Notes: generated by a model from the letters alone, not told the origin. Positions 1 through 11,767 are shown, counted from the stretch's first letter. The stretch is 64,000 nt of DNA from an uncultured Dehalococcoidia bacterium (GCA_964418665.1 CAYQLZ010000008.1:29924-93923); one strand, 5' to 3'. Program-made: numbers and translations.

Positions 1-1
1 A

Positions 2-568
2 CTCTTCAGCCGCGAGAACCACGACCGGCCCCTCTACCTCCGGTCCGAGAAGGAGCGCAACAATTTCTTCTCCCACTATGAGCAGATCATCCTCAAGGGC
101 GCCGGGCTGGACGTGAGCCTCGCCCTCGCCGAAAGCGTCTGGCGCGTGGGCGCATCCGTCCCCAAGAGCTTTGCCCTCTTCAACGACGTAGCGCCGACCC
201 TCGCTCGACTCAAGGAGATGGGCCTCGCCACCGGCGTCCTCTCTAACCTGACGGAAGACCTGGCTCTGTTGGTGGAGGAGTTGGGCGTCGCATCAAACCT
301 GGACGTTCTCGTCACCTCGCTGGAAGTGGGAGTGGAAAAACCCGACCCCCGCATGTTCAACGCCGCCCTTGAGAAAATCGGCGTATCCCCTGAGGAAGCC
401 GTCCACGTCGGCGACCAGTACCACTCTGACGTCGGCGGCGCCAGGGGCGTGGGAATGCACGCCGTACTGCTGGACAGGGGAAACTGGCATCCGGAAAGGA
501 CCGATTGCCCGCGGGTGGCCAGCCTCACGGAACTGACAGCTCTGTTGGAATCGAATGCTCTCTCCTAG
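2..568 (+). CDS. HAD-superfamily hydrolase, 5' end outside window
   Basis: The frame is open from the window edge to TAG at 566-568. The C-terminal half shows HAD-like motifs (GVLSNL, VEKPDPRMF, HVGDQYHSDVGGARGVGM). Confidence 0.6.
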   Translation, partial: LFSRENHDRPLYLRSEKERNNFFSHYEQIILKGAGLDVSLALAESVWRVGASVPKSFALFNDVAPTLARLKEMGLATGVLSNLTEDLALLVEELGVASNLDVLVTSLEVGVEKPDPRMFNAALEKIGVSPEEAVHVGDQYHSDVGGARGVGMHAVLLDRGNWHPERTDCPRVASLTELTALLESNALS

Positions 569-577
569 GCGTACGGC

Positions 578-3500
578 TTACACCGAACCCACGGGCAGCA
601 GCGACAGCTTCTCCTGGAATTCCTTCAGCCGTTGCAGCGTTACGTCCAACACCGCCTTCCATTTCGCCCCCATCACCCCCCGGTTCAGCCGGATCTGCCG
701 GTTTCCCACCGATGCCCATCCCCCCAGCGAACGCTCCAGTACCAGGCGTGCGCCGCCCACCCCGTCCCTCAGGGTGATGTTGATCTCCGTCTCCGACGAC
801 GCTATGGACTGGATCCCCATATCCCGCGCCATGATCTTGAGAGATACCAGGTATAGAAGGTTGTCCACAGCCTTTGGCATCCGGCCAAACCGGTCCCGCA
901 GCTCCTCCCGCATGTCCTCTATCTGTTCCTGCTTGCGAAGGTCCATCAGCCTCTGGTAGATGTTCAGCCGCACCGGCAGATGCCCGATGTAGTCGTTGGG
1001 AATGTGGGCCGAAAGCGGCAGGTCCACCCGCACGTCTTCCTTCGCCTCGACCGAAGCCTGATCCCCTTCGCCTTCCCTCTCCTCCCGGAGCTCCTGCACC
1101 GCCTGGTTGAGCAGTTTCGTGTAAAGCTCGAACCCGATGGCGTGGATGTGCCCGCTCTGCTCAGCCCCTAGGATGTTCCCTGCCCCTCGTATCTCCAGGT
1201 CGCGCATGGCTATGCGGAACCCCGACCCAAGCTCGGACGCCTCCAGGATAGCCTGCAGCCGCTTCTCCGCCCCCGGGGTGATTCTCTTCCCCCGCGGCAC
1301 CAGCAGGTAGGAATAAGCCCGGCTGCTGCTGCGCCCGATGCGCCCCCGCAGCTGATACAGCTGCGAAAGTCCGAACTGGTCCGCCCGGTCCACTATCAAC
1401 GTGTTGGCGTTGGGTATGTCCAGCCCAGACTCGATGATGGTCGTGCACACCAGCACGTTGAATTCCCCCTCGCTGAAGGCCAGCATCACGTCCTCCAGGC
1501 GGGACTCATCCATGCGCCCGTGGGCCACGGCTATCCTTGCCTGCGGCGCCAGTGTGCCCAGTTCGGCCGCCACCCGGTGTATCGACCGGATACGGTTGTG
1601 CAGGAAGAATACCTGCCCACCCCGGTCCAGCTCCCGCTTTACCGCTTCCTGGATTATGTGGTCGCTGTACTCCCCCACGTACGTCTTCACCGGATACCGC
1701 TCCTCCGGCGGCGTGTCCATTGCGCTCATGTCCCGCACCCCGGACAGCGCCATGTACAGCGTGCGCGGTATCGGCGTCGCGCTCACCGTCAGAAAGTCCA
1801 CCTCCCGGCGCAGCTTCTTGATGTGCTCCTTGTGAGAGACTCCAAATCGCTGCTCCTCGTCGACTACCACAAGCCCCAGGTTTCGAAACCTCACATCCTT
1901 CTGGATGAGCCTGTGCGTCCCGATGATGATGTCGATGGCCCCCTTCCGCAGGTCTTCGATTATCCGACGCTGCTCCTTCTGCGTGCGGAACCGGCTCAAA
2001 ACGTCCACCCGAATCGGATAGGGGCTGAGCCTGTCGACAAACGTCGCGTAGTGTTGCTGCGCCAGAATCGTCGTCGGCACCAGCAGCGCCACCTGCCGCC
2101 CGTCGTTAACCGCCTTGAAGGCGGCCCGGAGGGCAACCTCCGTCTTCCCGTAGCCCACGTCCCCGCACACCAGCCGGTCCATGGGCCGCTCGTCCTCCAT
2201 GTCCACCTTCACCTCGTCGATCACCCGCGCCTGGTCCGGCGTCTCCTCATAGGGGAAGGCGTCCTCCATCTCCCGCTGCCACACCACGTCTTCAGAGAAT
2301 GCGTGTCCCTTTGCCACCCGCCGGTTCGCGTACAGGTCGAGAAGTTCCTTCGCTAGCTCCCGGGTGGAGGCCTTCACTCGCTCCTTCGCCCGCGCCCACT
2401 CGCTGCTGCTCAACCGCGTCAGCGTTGGCGGGCGATCGCTCGTGCCCACGTAAGGGTAGATCCGGTCCAGGTGGTCCGTTGGCAGGTACAGCTTATCCGA
2501 TTTCGCATACTCCAGGACCAGGTACTCGCGGCTCTCCCCGTTGGATTCCATGCTCGTTGTGCCGGAGAAGCGGGCCACCCCGTGGTCTTCGTGCACCACG
2601 AACGTCCCCGGCTCCAGCTGCGACAGGAACAACGATTTCTTCACCGTCCTCTTGGGCCGGCTGCGTCGCTCCTTCGCCGTCCCAAATATCTCCAGGTCCG
2701 TCAGAAGCAGTATCTCCCCCTCCGGCAGGGTCAGTCTCCAGCCCTGCTCCAGCGATCCTGGCACGATGACCACCCGACCCGGCTGCAGATTTGGATTCCT
2801 GTCGTCCATGAGCACGGAGCCGATGTCCGCCTCCGACAGAATCTCAGCCAGCCTGCGGGCGTGTCGACTGGCAAGGACGACAATCTTACCCTCCCGCAGC
2901 TCCGTCTCTACCTCCGCGTTGAACCTGTCGATTCGTCCGTAGAAGGAAGGTGCGCTGCGAAACTCGAATCCCACCCCCTCCGTGTTCCACGGCGTCACAT
3001 CCAACACCGGCCTGTCGGCCAACCCCTCAGCGAACTCCTCCCACCCCAGCGTGGAAGTGGGAAAATTCCCCGGAAGCTCCCCCCGGGCCACCTGACCCCG
3101 CCGCATCCGCTCCACGTGCTCCTCCAGCGACTCGCCTTCCTGCTCAACGTAGCTCCGCTGCAGAAAGACCACTATCGCGTCCTCCGTCAGATGCTCCAAC
3201 ACCGACGACTGGTTGATCAGTCCGTGGTAGTAGTCCATCTCGTCCCAGTTGGCTCCGGCGAATATGTCCGCCAAATCTTCCTGAAACCTCTCCTGCACCC
3301 CTTCGGGGCAATCCCCGAAGTCCAACTCCGAAGCCAGCAGGTCCACGCATTCCCGCTCCACGTGCAGGGGCAGAGACTCCTGCGCCGGTATGATCCGCGC
3401 CCTCTCCACGGACTTCATCGACCGCTGCGTCAACGGGTCGAAAAGCTGCAGGCTGTCAATCTCGTAGCCGAACAGGTCCAGCCGGAGGGGCAGTTCCGAG

Positions 3501-4072
3501 TTTGGCGAAAACACGTCCACTATGCCGCCGCGGATGCTGAAGGACCCGGGAATCTCCACCGAGTGCTCCCGCCGGTAGCCCATGTTCACCCAGGCTTCTG
3601 CCAGATCCCCCATCCGTACCCTCTGACCCGTCTCCAGCGTCACCGCCGTCTGCCGGAACGTCGTTCTGGGGAGCGTCTTTCTGAGCGCCGCCGCCAGCGA
3701 AGCCACAACTATAGGCGGGTTTTCGGGCGAGGAGTAGGAGAGGGCGTTTATAGCCATCAGCCGCCGGTTGTTGGTGGATGCGTCCACCGTCATCCGCTCG
3801 AAGGGAAGCACGTCCGGTTCCGGAAGCGGCAGGACGTCGTCCTCGCCCCCCAGATACAACGAAAGCTGGTCCAGCAGACGCCGCGCATCGTCCTGACGCG
3901 GCGCTATCACCAGCATCGGACGTTTCAGCTCCTCTCGAAGCGACGCCAGAAGCAGCGCTGTCCCACCCGTGGACACCGACGCAGTCACGCTTCCACCGCC
4001 GGCCAGCCCTTCGGACAATCCGCCAAAGGCAGGGTGGCTCGACAGAAGGGGCAGCAACGCTCTCAGGGACAA
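578..4072 (-). CDS. mfd: transcription-repair coupling factor
   Basis: 1164-aa ORF with SF2 helicase motifs GDVGYGKTEVA, VVDEEQRFGV and SATPIPRTL, plus a CarD-like segment and a TRCF C-terminal domain. TTG start. Confidence 0.95.
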   Translation of the reverse strand: MSLRALLPLLSSHPAFGGLSEGLAGGGSVTASVSTGGTALLLASLREELKRPMLVIAPRQDDARRLLDQLSLYLGGEDDVLPLPEPDVLPFERMTVDASTNNRRLMAINALSYSSPENPPIVVASLAAALRKTLPRTTFRQTAVTLETGQRVRMGDLAEAWVNMGYRREHSVEIPGSFSIRGGIVDVFSPNSELPLRLDLFGYEIDSLQLFDPLTQRSMKSVERARIIPAQESLPLHVERECVDLLASELDFGDCPEGVQERFQEDLADIFAGANWDEMDYYHGLINQSSVLEHLTEDAIVVFLQRSYVEQEGESLEEHVERMRRGQVARGELPGNFPTSTLGWEEFAEGLADRPVLDVTPWNTEGVGFEFRSAPSFYGRIDRFNAEVETELREGKIVVLASRHARRLAEILSEADIGSVLMDDRNPNLQPGRVVIVPGSLEQGWRLTLPEGEILLLTDLEIFGTAKERRSRPKRTVKKSLFLSQLEPGTFVVHEDHGVARFSGTTSMESNGESREYLVLEYAKSDKLYLPTDHLDRIYPYVGTSDRPPTLTRLSSSEWARAKERVKASTRELAKELLDLYANRRVAKGHAFSEDVVWQREMEDAFPYEETPDQARVIDEVKVDMEDERPMDRLVCGDVGYGKTEVALRAAFKAVNDGRQVALLVPTTILAQQHYATFVDRLSPYPIRVDVLSRFRTQKEQRRIIEDLRKGAIDIIIGTHRLIQKDVRFRNLGLVVVDEEQRFGVSHKEHIKKLRREVDFLTVSATPIPRTLYMALSGVRDMSAMDTPPEERYPVKTYVGEYSDHIIQEAVKRELDRGGQVFFLHNRIRSIHRVAAELGTLAPQARIAVAHGRMDESRLEDVMLAFSEGEFNVLVCTTIIESGLDIPNANTLIVDRADQFGLSQLYQLRGRIGRSSSRAYSYLLVPRGKRITPGAEKRLQAILEASELGSGFRIAMRDLEIRGAGNILGAEQSGHIHAIGFELYTKLLNQAVQELREEREGEGDQASVEAKEDVRVDLPLSAHIPNDYIGHLPVRLNIYQRLMDLRKQEQIEDMREELRDRFGRMPKAVDNLLYLVSLKIMARDMGIQSIASSETEINITLRDGVGGARLVLERSLGGWASVGNRQIRLNRGVMGAKWKAVLDVTLQRLKEFQEKLSLLPVGSV

Positions 4073-4263
4073 TCCGTTTCCTTTCGCACAACAGACATTT
4101 GGCCTGGCTGCGGTCAGCCAGACCTTCCGCCTATTCTATTCCCTGCAGCCCTCCCATTCAACGCCACCCACCACCCTTTCCTCCCCCTCCTACTAGCAGC
4201 CGCCCATATTCCCCACACCCAATCACTGCAGAACTTGCCGTCACGCTGCGACCCCAGCCGTTC

Positions 4264-4292
4264 TTGTTGGCCTCTATGCCCCCTGATATAAT
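4264..4292 (+). promoter_or_regulatory. candidate sigma70-type promoter for proBA (extended -10)
   Basis: TTGTTG (4264-4269), 17-nt spacer, TGaTATAAT (4284-4292). It lies 37 nt upstream of the proB start. Confidence 0.4.
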
Positions 4293-4328
4293 GAATCTTC
4301 CAAACGTTTCAGGCAGCCTTAACCTCAA

Positions 4329-5492
4329 ATGACCAGAAGCACCGCCCCCGAAGCCCTCAAACAGAAACGCTCCGAACCCTCCCGGCAATACCAACGTATC
4401 GTCGTCAAGGCAGGCACGGGTGTCCTCACCGGCGGCACCGACCGGCTTCACGCCCCCACCATGCAGTCTCTCGTCGCCCAGATTGGCCAACAATACGGCC
4501 AGGGAAGAGAAATGCTGCTGGTCACCTCCGGGGCCATCGCCGCCGGCATGAACTACCTCGGCATCTCCGAGCAGGCCCGCCAGGTCTCCTTCCGGCAGGT
4601 GCTCGCCGCCGTCGGCCAGAACCACCTCATGCACGCCTACAGCTCCCTGTTCGAACAACTGGAAATCCCCGTGGCCCAGGTGCTCCTCACCCGCCGCGAC
4701 CTGGAGGACAGGCAGGGCTACCTGAACGTGCGAAACACCATCCTCTCCCTGCTGCAGCGTCGCGTCGTGCCCATCATTAACGAAAACGACGTCGTTGCAG
4801 TCGACGAAATCGGCCCCGTTTTCGGCGACAATGACACCCTCTCAGCCCTCGTCGCCAACCTGGTCGACGCGGACCTCCTCATGGTCCTCACCGACATGGA
4901 CGGCCTCTTCACCGCCGATCCTCGCCGCAACCCCAACGCCACCCTGATTCCCCGCGTCGAGCGCATCGATGCAAACGTCGAGTCCCTCGCCGGCAAACAC
5001 GTCAGCAGCTGGTCCAGGGGCGGCATGTCCTCCAAGCTCCAGGCCTGCAAGGTCGCCACCCGCTCCGGCGTCCCCGCGGTTATCTGCAACGGCCGGGAGC
5101 CGGACATCATCAGCCGCGTCGCGAGCGGCGAGGACGTGGGCACCTATTTCGCTGCCTCCGTCAGCAAGATTGAAAGCCGCAAACGGTGGATGCTTAGCGG
5201 CCTCTCCCTCCACGGCGACATCATCGTAGACTCCGGCGCGGAAGCCTCGCTGCGACGCAGGCACGGCAGCCTGCTCCCCGTGGGCATCAGGCAAGTGAAA
5301 GGCCCCTTCGAACGCGGCGACATAGTTTACATAAGCAACGCCGAAGGACAGCGATTCGCCTGCGGCCTCGTCAACTACAGCTCAGACCAGGTCGACGCCA
5401 TCAAGGGCAAGCGCTCCGACGGAATCCCGGACCTCATCGGGTGCAGCTACGGCCAGGAAGTCATCCACCGCAACAACCTCGCTCTGATATAG
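4329..5492 (+). CDS. proB: glutamate 5-kinase (with C-terminal PUA domain)
   Basis: 387-aa amino-acid-kinase fold (VVKAGTGVLT, INENDVVAVDE..GDNDTLSA) with a PUA-like C-terminus. Directly followed by proA. Confidence 0.9.
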   Translation: MTRSTAPEALKQKRSEPSRQYQRIVVKAGTGVLTGGTDRLHAPTMQSLVAQIGQQYGQGREMLLVTSGAIAAGMNYLGISEQARQVSFRQVLAAVGQNHLMHAYSSLFEQLEIPVAQVLLTRRDLEDRQGYLNVRNTILSLLQRRVVPIINENDVVAVDEIGPVFGDNDTLSALVANLVDADLLMVLTDMDGLFTADPRRNPNATLIPRVERIDANVESLAGKHVSSWSRGGMSSKLQACKVATRSGVPAVICNGREPDIISRVASGEDVGTYFAASVSKIESRKRWMLSGLSLHGDIIVDSGAEASLRRRHGSLLPVGIRQVKGPFERGDIVYISNAEGQRFACGLVNYSSDQVDAIKGKRSDGIPDLIGCSYGQEVIHRNNLALI

Positions 5493-5569
5493 TAAGTAGC
5501 GTCGGAAAGTATGGAGATAGTCGACGGCGACGGAATGTCTCTACCCTCATTTGAGAAAGCGTACACAGC

Positions 5570-6844
5570 ATGATTACAGCCACGGACACCATCATCACCC
5601 AGGGAAAGCAGGCCCGTCAGGCCGCCAGGGAGCTCGCCCGCTCCTCCACGGCCCAGAAGGACCGCGCCCTTCATAACATCGCCGACGCCCTCCTCGATAA
5701 CTGCCCGGCCATCCTCGCCGCAAACGAGCTCGACATCGAAGCCAGCCGCGACATGGGCCTCTCCGATTCCCTCCTCGACCGCATCCTCCTCACCGGCCCC
5801 CGGCTGGAGTCCATGGCCGCCGACGTCCGTTCCGTAGCCACGCTCCCCGACCCCGTCGGCCAGTTGATTGAAATGCACACCCGCCCCAACGGCCTGCAGG
5901 TGGGCAGAAAGCGCGTCCCCCTCGGCGTCATTGGTTCCATATATGAAAACCGTCCCAACGTGACCATAGACATCTCCGCCCTCTGCCTCAAGTCCGGCAA
6001 CGCCTGCATCCTGCGCGGCGGCAAAGGAGCCGTCAACTCCAACAGGCTCCTTGCCCGCCTCGCCCAGGACTCCATCGAAGCCGCCGGTATCCCCCGCAAC
6101 GCCGTCCAGCTAATAGGCGACACTGACCGCAGGCTCGTATCCACCATGCTTAAGATGGACGAGTACATCGACCTGATGATCCCCCGCGGCGCCGCCGGTT
6201 TCATCCGCTTCGTCTCCGAAAACGCCACCATGCCTGTGGTGGCCGGTGGCGTCGGCGTCTGCCACACCTACCTGGACCGCTCCGCCTCCCTCGAAAAGGC
6301 CGTTGCCATCGCCAACAACGCCAAGACCCAGCGGCCCACCGTCTGCAACGCCCTGGACACCCTGCTGGTCCACGCCGAAGTAGCCGCCACTCACCTCCCC
6401 GCCGTCGCCCGCAAATGGTCTGAGGTCGGGGTGGAGATGCGCTGCGACGAACGTTCAATGAGCCTCCTCGCACCCCTGGAGGGCCTCAAGCTCCGGCTGG
6501 CCGAACCAGAAGACTACGGCACCGAGTTCCTTTCCCTGGTGGCGGGCGTGAAGATTGTCGACACCCTGGACGAAGCCCTGGAGCACGTGGACGCCCACGG
6601 CTCCGGCCATTCCGAAGCCATAGTCACCGAGGACTACTCCGCCGCAACCCGCTTCCTGGACGAAGTGGACGCCGCGGCCGTATTCGTCAACGCCAGCACC
6701 TACTTCTGCGACGGCGCCCAGTTCGGCCTCGGCTCCGAGGTTGGCATCAGCACCCAGAAGTTCCACGCCCGCGGGCCCATGGGCCTGCAGGAACTCACCA
6801 CCTACAAATGGATAATCCTCGGTAACGGCCAGGTCCGTACCTGA
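5570..6844 (+). CDS. proA: gamma-glutamyl phosphate reductase
   Basis: 424-aa ALDH-type protein with the catalytic Cys context RPTVCNALDTLLVH. Synteny with proB. Confidence 0.92.
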   Translation: MITATDTIITQGKQARQAARELARSSTAQKDRALHNIADALLDNCPAILAANELDIEASRDMGLSDSLLDRILLTGPRLESMAADVRSVATLPDPVGQLIEMHTRPNGLQVGRKRVPLGVIGSIYENRPNVTIDISALCLKSGNACILRGGKGAVNSNRLLARLAQDSIEAAGIPRNAVQLIGDTDRRLVSTMLKMDEYIDLMIPRGAAGFIRFVSENATMPVVAGGVGVCHTYLDRSASLEKAVAIANNAKTQRPTVCNALDTLLVHAEVAATHLPAVARKWSEVGVEMRCDERSMSLLAPLEGLKLRLAEPEDYGTEFLSLVAGVKIVDTLDEALEHVDAHGSGHSEAIVTEDYSAATRFLDEVDAAAVFVNASTYFCDGAQFGLGSEVGISTQKFHARGPMGLQELTTYKWIILGNGQVRT

Positions 6845-6858
6845 GAGGACGGAGCGCC

Positions 6859-7176
6859 TTGGGAGAATTCACCTTCGAAAGAGACTGTCGAACGCCCTAT
6901 TCCGAGTCCTTCGTCATCGTCGGCGACGACGACCGCATGATTGCCAGGGTTGAGCTTCACTACATGACCTCCGTCGTCCACGGCACCCTCTGCATCACGG
7001 AAGAAGTCGGGCCGGAGGAAACACGGGAGCTTGTACGCGCGATCGACGAAGAGATAGTCTCCACCGCCGGCGTTGCCCGGCAGGAGCTGATCTTTCACGT
7101 TTTTCAGGGACGTGAAATCGGCGTCATCGGCGACAACAGCTTCGACCAGAACGGCAACGGACTCGAGCGAATATGA
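6859..7176 (+). CDS. hypothetical small acidic protein
   Basis: 105-aa ORF in a host-like composition, wedged between proA and recR. No motif recognised. Non-ATG start in the ORF track. Confidence 0.35.
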   Translation: MGEFTFERDCRTPYSESFVIVGDDDRMIARVELHYMTSVVHGTLCITEEVGPEETRELVRAIDEEIVSTAGVARQELIFHVFQGREIGVIGDNSFDQNGNGLERI

Positions 7177-7237
7177 ACGGTAAGTGTAAGAACGCAAGCA
7201 GTCAAAACGGCAGAGACCGGGTCGGAAACGAATCAAA

Positions 7238-7852
7238 GTGAATATGAGCGGAAAAATTCCGGCTCCACAGCCGGTCGTTCGCCTCATCACCGAGCTTCAC
7301 CGCCTCCCCGGCGTCGGCCCCAAAAGCGCCCAGAGGCTCGCTTACTTCATCATCCGCCAGTCGGAGGAGGAAGCTCAGGAGCTTGCCGAAGCCATCATCG
7401 GCGTCAAGGAGCGCATCATCTTCTGCTCCGTGTGCCAGAACCTCACCGAAATCGACCCCTGCGACCTATGCAGCGGCCCCCAAAGGGACAGGTCCCAGGT
7501 CTGCGTCGTGGAAGAGCCTCTCGATGTCCTCGCCCTGGAACGCGCCGGCTTCTACAAGGGCCTCTACCACATCCTCCACGGCGTCATCTCCCCCATGAAT
7601 GGCGTCGGCCCCGAAGACATCCGCATTCGCGAACTGCTGCCCCGCCTCCGGGACGGCTCCGTCAAGGAGGTCATCATCGGCATCAACCCCACCCTGGAGG
7701 GCGACGCCACGGCCATGTATCTCCACGGCCTCATCCGCCCCCTTGGCATCAAGGTCTCAAACCTGGCCAGGGGCCTCCCCGTGGGCGGACACCTGGAGTA
7801 TGCCGACGAAATCACTCTCAGTCGCGCCTTCCAGGGTCGGCAGGAGTTGTAA
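7238..7852 (+). CDS. recR: recombination protein RecR
   Basis: HhH (GPKSAQRLAYF), C4 zinc finger (CSVCQNLTEIDPCDLC) and a Toprim-like core. The exact start (7238 or 7244) is uncertain. Confidence 0.92.
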   Translation: MNMSGKIPAPQPVVRLITELHRLPGVGPKSAQRLAYFIIRQSEEEAQELAEAIIGVKERIIFCSVCQNLTEIDPCDLCSGPQRDRSQVCVVEEPLDVLALERAGFYKGLYHILHGVISPMNGVGPEDIRIRELLPRLRDGSVKEVIIGINPTLEGDATAMYLHGLIRPLGIKVSNLARGLPVGGHLEYADEITLSRAFQGRQEL

Positions 7853-8730
7853 TGCCCGCCCCCCGCCTCTTCAAGACGGAAGGCATCGTCCTCAAGGCGG
7901 ATGCCTACGGAGAAGCCGACCTGGTGGTCACTCTCATCACCCGGGAAGGCTCGAAGCTGCGCGCCATGGCCTACGGCGCCCGCAAGATGACCAGCCGCAA
8001 GATAGGCCACCTGGACTCCCTCACCCGCGTCGATCTGGACCTCTACCGTGGCCCCGGCATCGTAAGCATCCGGCAGGTGCAGAACCTGGAGGCCTTCATC
8101 GGCCTAAAAAGCCGCCTGGACGCCACCGCCCGCGCCTTCTACCTGGCGGAACTCGTCGACGGGTTCGCCGTCGAAGCAAGCCCCAACCCGGACCTCTACT
8201 CCCTGTTTCTGGATACCCTCCGTTTGGTCCAGGATTCCCCGGAGGACAACGAGCCGATTCTCCGGTTCCAATTGGAACTGCTCCAGGTCAACGGATTTAT
8301 GCCGGAGCTCTACCGGTGCGTGGAATGCCGCAAAGACGTCGAACCCGGACGGCACCGCTTCGTCGTGAGCCTTGGCGGGGTGATCTGCACCGATTGCTCA
8401 GCGAAACGAGAAGGCGCCTCTCCCCTGTCCCTCCCCGCCCTCAAGACCCTCCGACACTTCCACAGAAACGGGGAAAACGGCGCGTCCACCGTTCGAATCC
8501 CGCCCGACCTCTACGAAGAGGTCCGCTCCGTTCTCGACAGGGCCATCCGCTACTGGCTGGACAGGGACGTCCGATCCCGTAGATTCGTTGTCCAGGTCCA
8601 GCGCCAGAAGGCCTGGGCGGCATCAGACCGTCACGCCGCGCCAACCCCTCATCCCGGCGAAAACCCCAGCCCAACCCGTCCCGTCATCCCGGCGCAGGCC
8701 GGATCCAGTAACCCCCCACCAAGGGCTTAA
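7852..8730 (+). CDS. recO: DNA repair protein RecO, with repeat-derived C-terminal extension
   Basis: The ATG at 7852 overlaps the recR stop (TAATG). MPAPRLFKTEGIVLK... is a typical RecO OB-fold start, and the zinc motif is CVECRKDV..CTDC. The last ~45 codons run into a hairpin-repeat cluster. Confidence 0.85.
   Translation: MPAPRLFKTEGIVLKADAYGEADLVVTLITREGSKLRAMAYGARKMTSRKIGHLDSLTRVDLDLYRGPGIVSIRQVQNLEAFIGLKSRLDATARAFYLAELVDGFAVEASPNPDLYSLFLDTLRLVQDSPEDNEPILRFQLELLQVNGFMPELYRCVECRKDVEPGRHRFVVSLGGVICTDCSAKREGASPLSLPALKTLRHFHRNGENGASTVRIPPDLYEEVRSVLDRAIRYWLDRDVRSRRFVVQVQRQKAWAASDRHAAPTPHPGENPSPTRPVIPAQAGSSNPPPRA
8648..8715. repeat. hairpin-repeat modules (family E: GTCATCCCGGCGcagGCCGGATCC type)
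   Basis: ctcatcccggcgaaaacccc and gtcatcccggcgcaggccggatccagtaacccc. Related copies sit at 27309, 27489, 28135 and 34491. Confidence 0.7.
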
Positions 8731-8783
8731 TTTCAAACCCGTCCTCTCTCCAAACCGAAACGTGTATAATTGCCGGAGCAATC

Positions 8784-10327
<1,544 letters not shown>

Positions 10328-10331
<4 letters not shown>

Positions 10332-10753
10332 AAGAGGTCAGAGTCAAGATAGGGGATCGGTGGTACACCGTTGAGGTCGAAGAACCCATCGGCTCCCCCG
10401 CAAAGGTCACCGTCGAAGGGGAGACCTTCCTGGTGGAGGTGGACAGAAGCGCCCCCCGCAGTCCCCGAGCGCAGACCTTCCGCCCCGGTGTCCCTGCTCC
10501 CGCATCACGAACCTCTGCCCCCGCTCAGAGCGCCGCCAACGACGGAATAATCAAGTCGCCCATGTCCGGCAAAGTCCTCGCCATCCGGGTCAAGCCCGGC
10601 GCCAAAGTCGCCTCAGGCGAAGAGGTCTGCGTCGTCGAGGCAATGAAGATGGAGCAGAGCATCAGGGCTCCGAGGGCCGGGACCGTCAAGAAAATCCACG
10701 TCAAACCCCTGGAGCAGGTCCAGATCCACGCCCCCCTCGTAGAACTAGACTAA
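10328..10753 (+). CDS. biotin carboxyl carrier / biotin-lipoyl domain protein
   Basis: 141 aa with the biotinyl-lysine motif EAMKMEQ. The TTG start overlaps the accC stop (TTGA). Confidence 0.8.
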
Positions 10754-10756
10754 CCC

Positions 10757-11701
10757 CTACCCCTGCCGCACCAGCTTCTGCAGGCTCCGCATCTCCCGCG
10801 GCGGCTCCAGCGTACGACCCATCATCGTCCACGAGACCTCCCCCACGTACACGTCCCCGTGGGAATCCAGGCAGATCCCGTGCGGACTGACGAACTGTCC
10901 CGGGTCCTCGCCCCAGTACGCGTCCCCCAGCACCGCCAGCCGGTTCCCCGACGTGTCATACACCGTCACCCGGTGCCCGAAGTTCGGAGCGTCGCTGTAG
11001 TACGCGTCCGCAATCAACTCCGCCACGTACACGTTCCCGTCCGCTCCCACGCGGATGCCGGAGGGCTTCCAGATGTTGTTCCACATCGCCTCCAGCTTCC
11101 CGTTGGCGTTGAAAACCTGCACCCGGTGGCACTCCCTGTCCGCCACGTAGATATTGTCGTCCTTGTCCGTGGCCAGGTTGTGTGGAATCACGAACTGTCC
11201 CGGCCCGATGCCCGCCTCGCCCCACGACATTATGTGCTCGCCGTCGGAGCTGTACTTGTGAATCCTCGAATTGCCGTAACCGTCGGAGACGAACAGGTCC
11301 CCCGTCTCATTCGATACTGCAAGACCGGTGGGCAGGTTGAAAGCGTCGCCGCTGAACCTGGGCGAAGGCTTGTCCTTCGTACCCAGCGTCATCAGCAGCT
11401 CTCCGTCAGTCGAGAACTTCCTCACCGTGTGGTCCCCGTTGTCCACGCAGTACACCGCGTCGTCGGGCCCGATGCAGATGCCGTGGGCGTTTCCGAAGAT
11501 GTCCGCCCCCCACGAATTCAGATACTTCCCCTCCCTGTCGAACACCACCACCCCGTGTTCTCCCCGAGAGAAGGCGTACACGTTGTCCTTGCTATCCACC
11601 GCCACGTCCGGCGTCTCCTTCAAAGACATGCCGTCCGGCAAAGTGCCCCATCCCTCCGCCACCTCGAAGCTCAAACCGCCGCTGCCCACTACTGTAGTCA
11701 T
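10757..11701 (-). CDS. NHL-repeat beta-propeller protein
   Basis: Repeated blades of the form D..GN(I/V)YV(A/S)D. ATG at 11701 preceded by AGAGGAGG. The ORF-track start at 11746 is probably an over-extension. Confidence 0.7.
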   Translation of the reverse strand: MTTVVGSGGLSFEVAEGWGTLPDGMSLKETPDVAVDSKDNVYAFSRGEHGVVVFDREGKYLNSWGADIFGNAHGICIGPDDAVYCVDNGDHTVRKFSTDGELLMTLGTKDKPSPRFSGDAFNLPTGLAVSNETGDLFVSDGYGNSRIHKYSSDGEHIMSWGEAGIGPGQFVIPHNLATDKDDNIYVADRECHRVQVFNANGKLEAMWNNIWKPSGIRVGADGNVYVAELIADAYYSDAPNFGHRVTVYDTSGNRLAVLGDAYWGEDPGQFVSPHGICLDSHGDVYVGEVSWTMMGRTLEPPREMRSLQKLVRQG

Positions 11702-11767
11702 GGAGTGCCTCCTCTGGTGTATTCGGGCCAATGCTATGACCGGCACGGATTCTTGTCAAACCGTCCA

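Noticed and set aside
7432-7851. N-terminal 140 codons of the 432-aa ORF 7432..8730, overlapping recR.
   Set aside because: The Arg/Pro-rich translation overlaps recR in another frame. A RecO-like sequence starts only at the ATG at 7852, which is coupled to the recR stop.
8491-8500. GTTCGAATCC, a tRNA T-loop-like string suggesting a tRNA gene.
   Set aside because: It lies inside the recO coding frame. The flanking bases (ccacc / cgccc) cannot form a T-stem, and no acceptor or anticodon arms are present.
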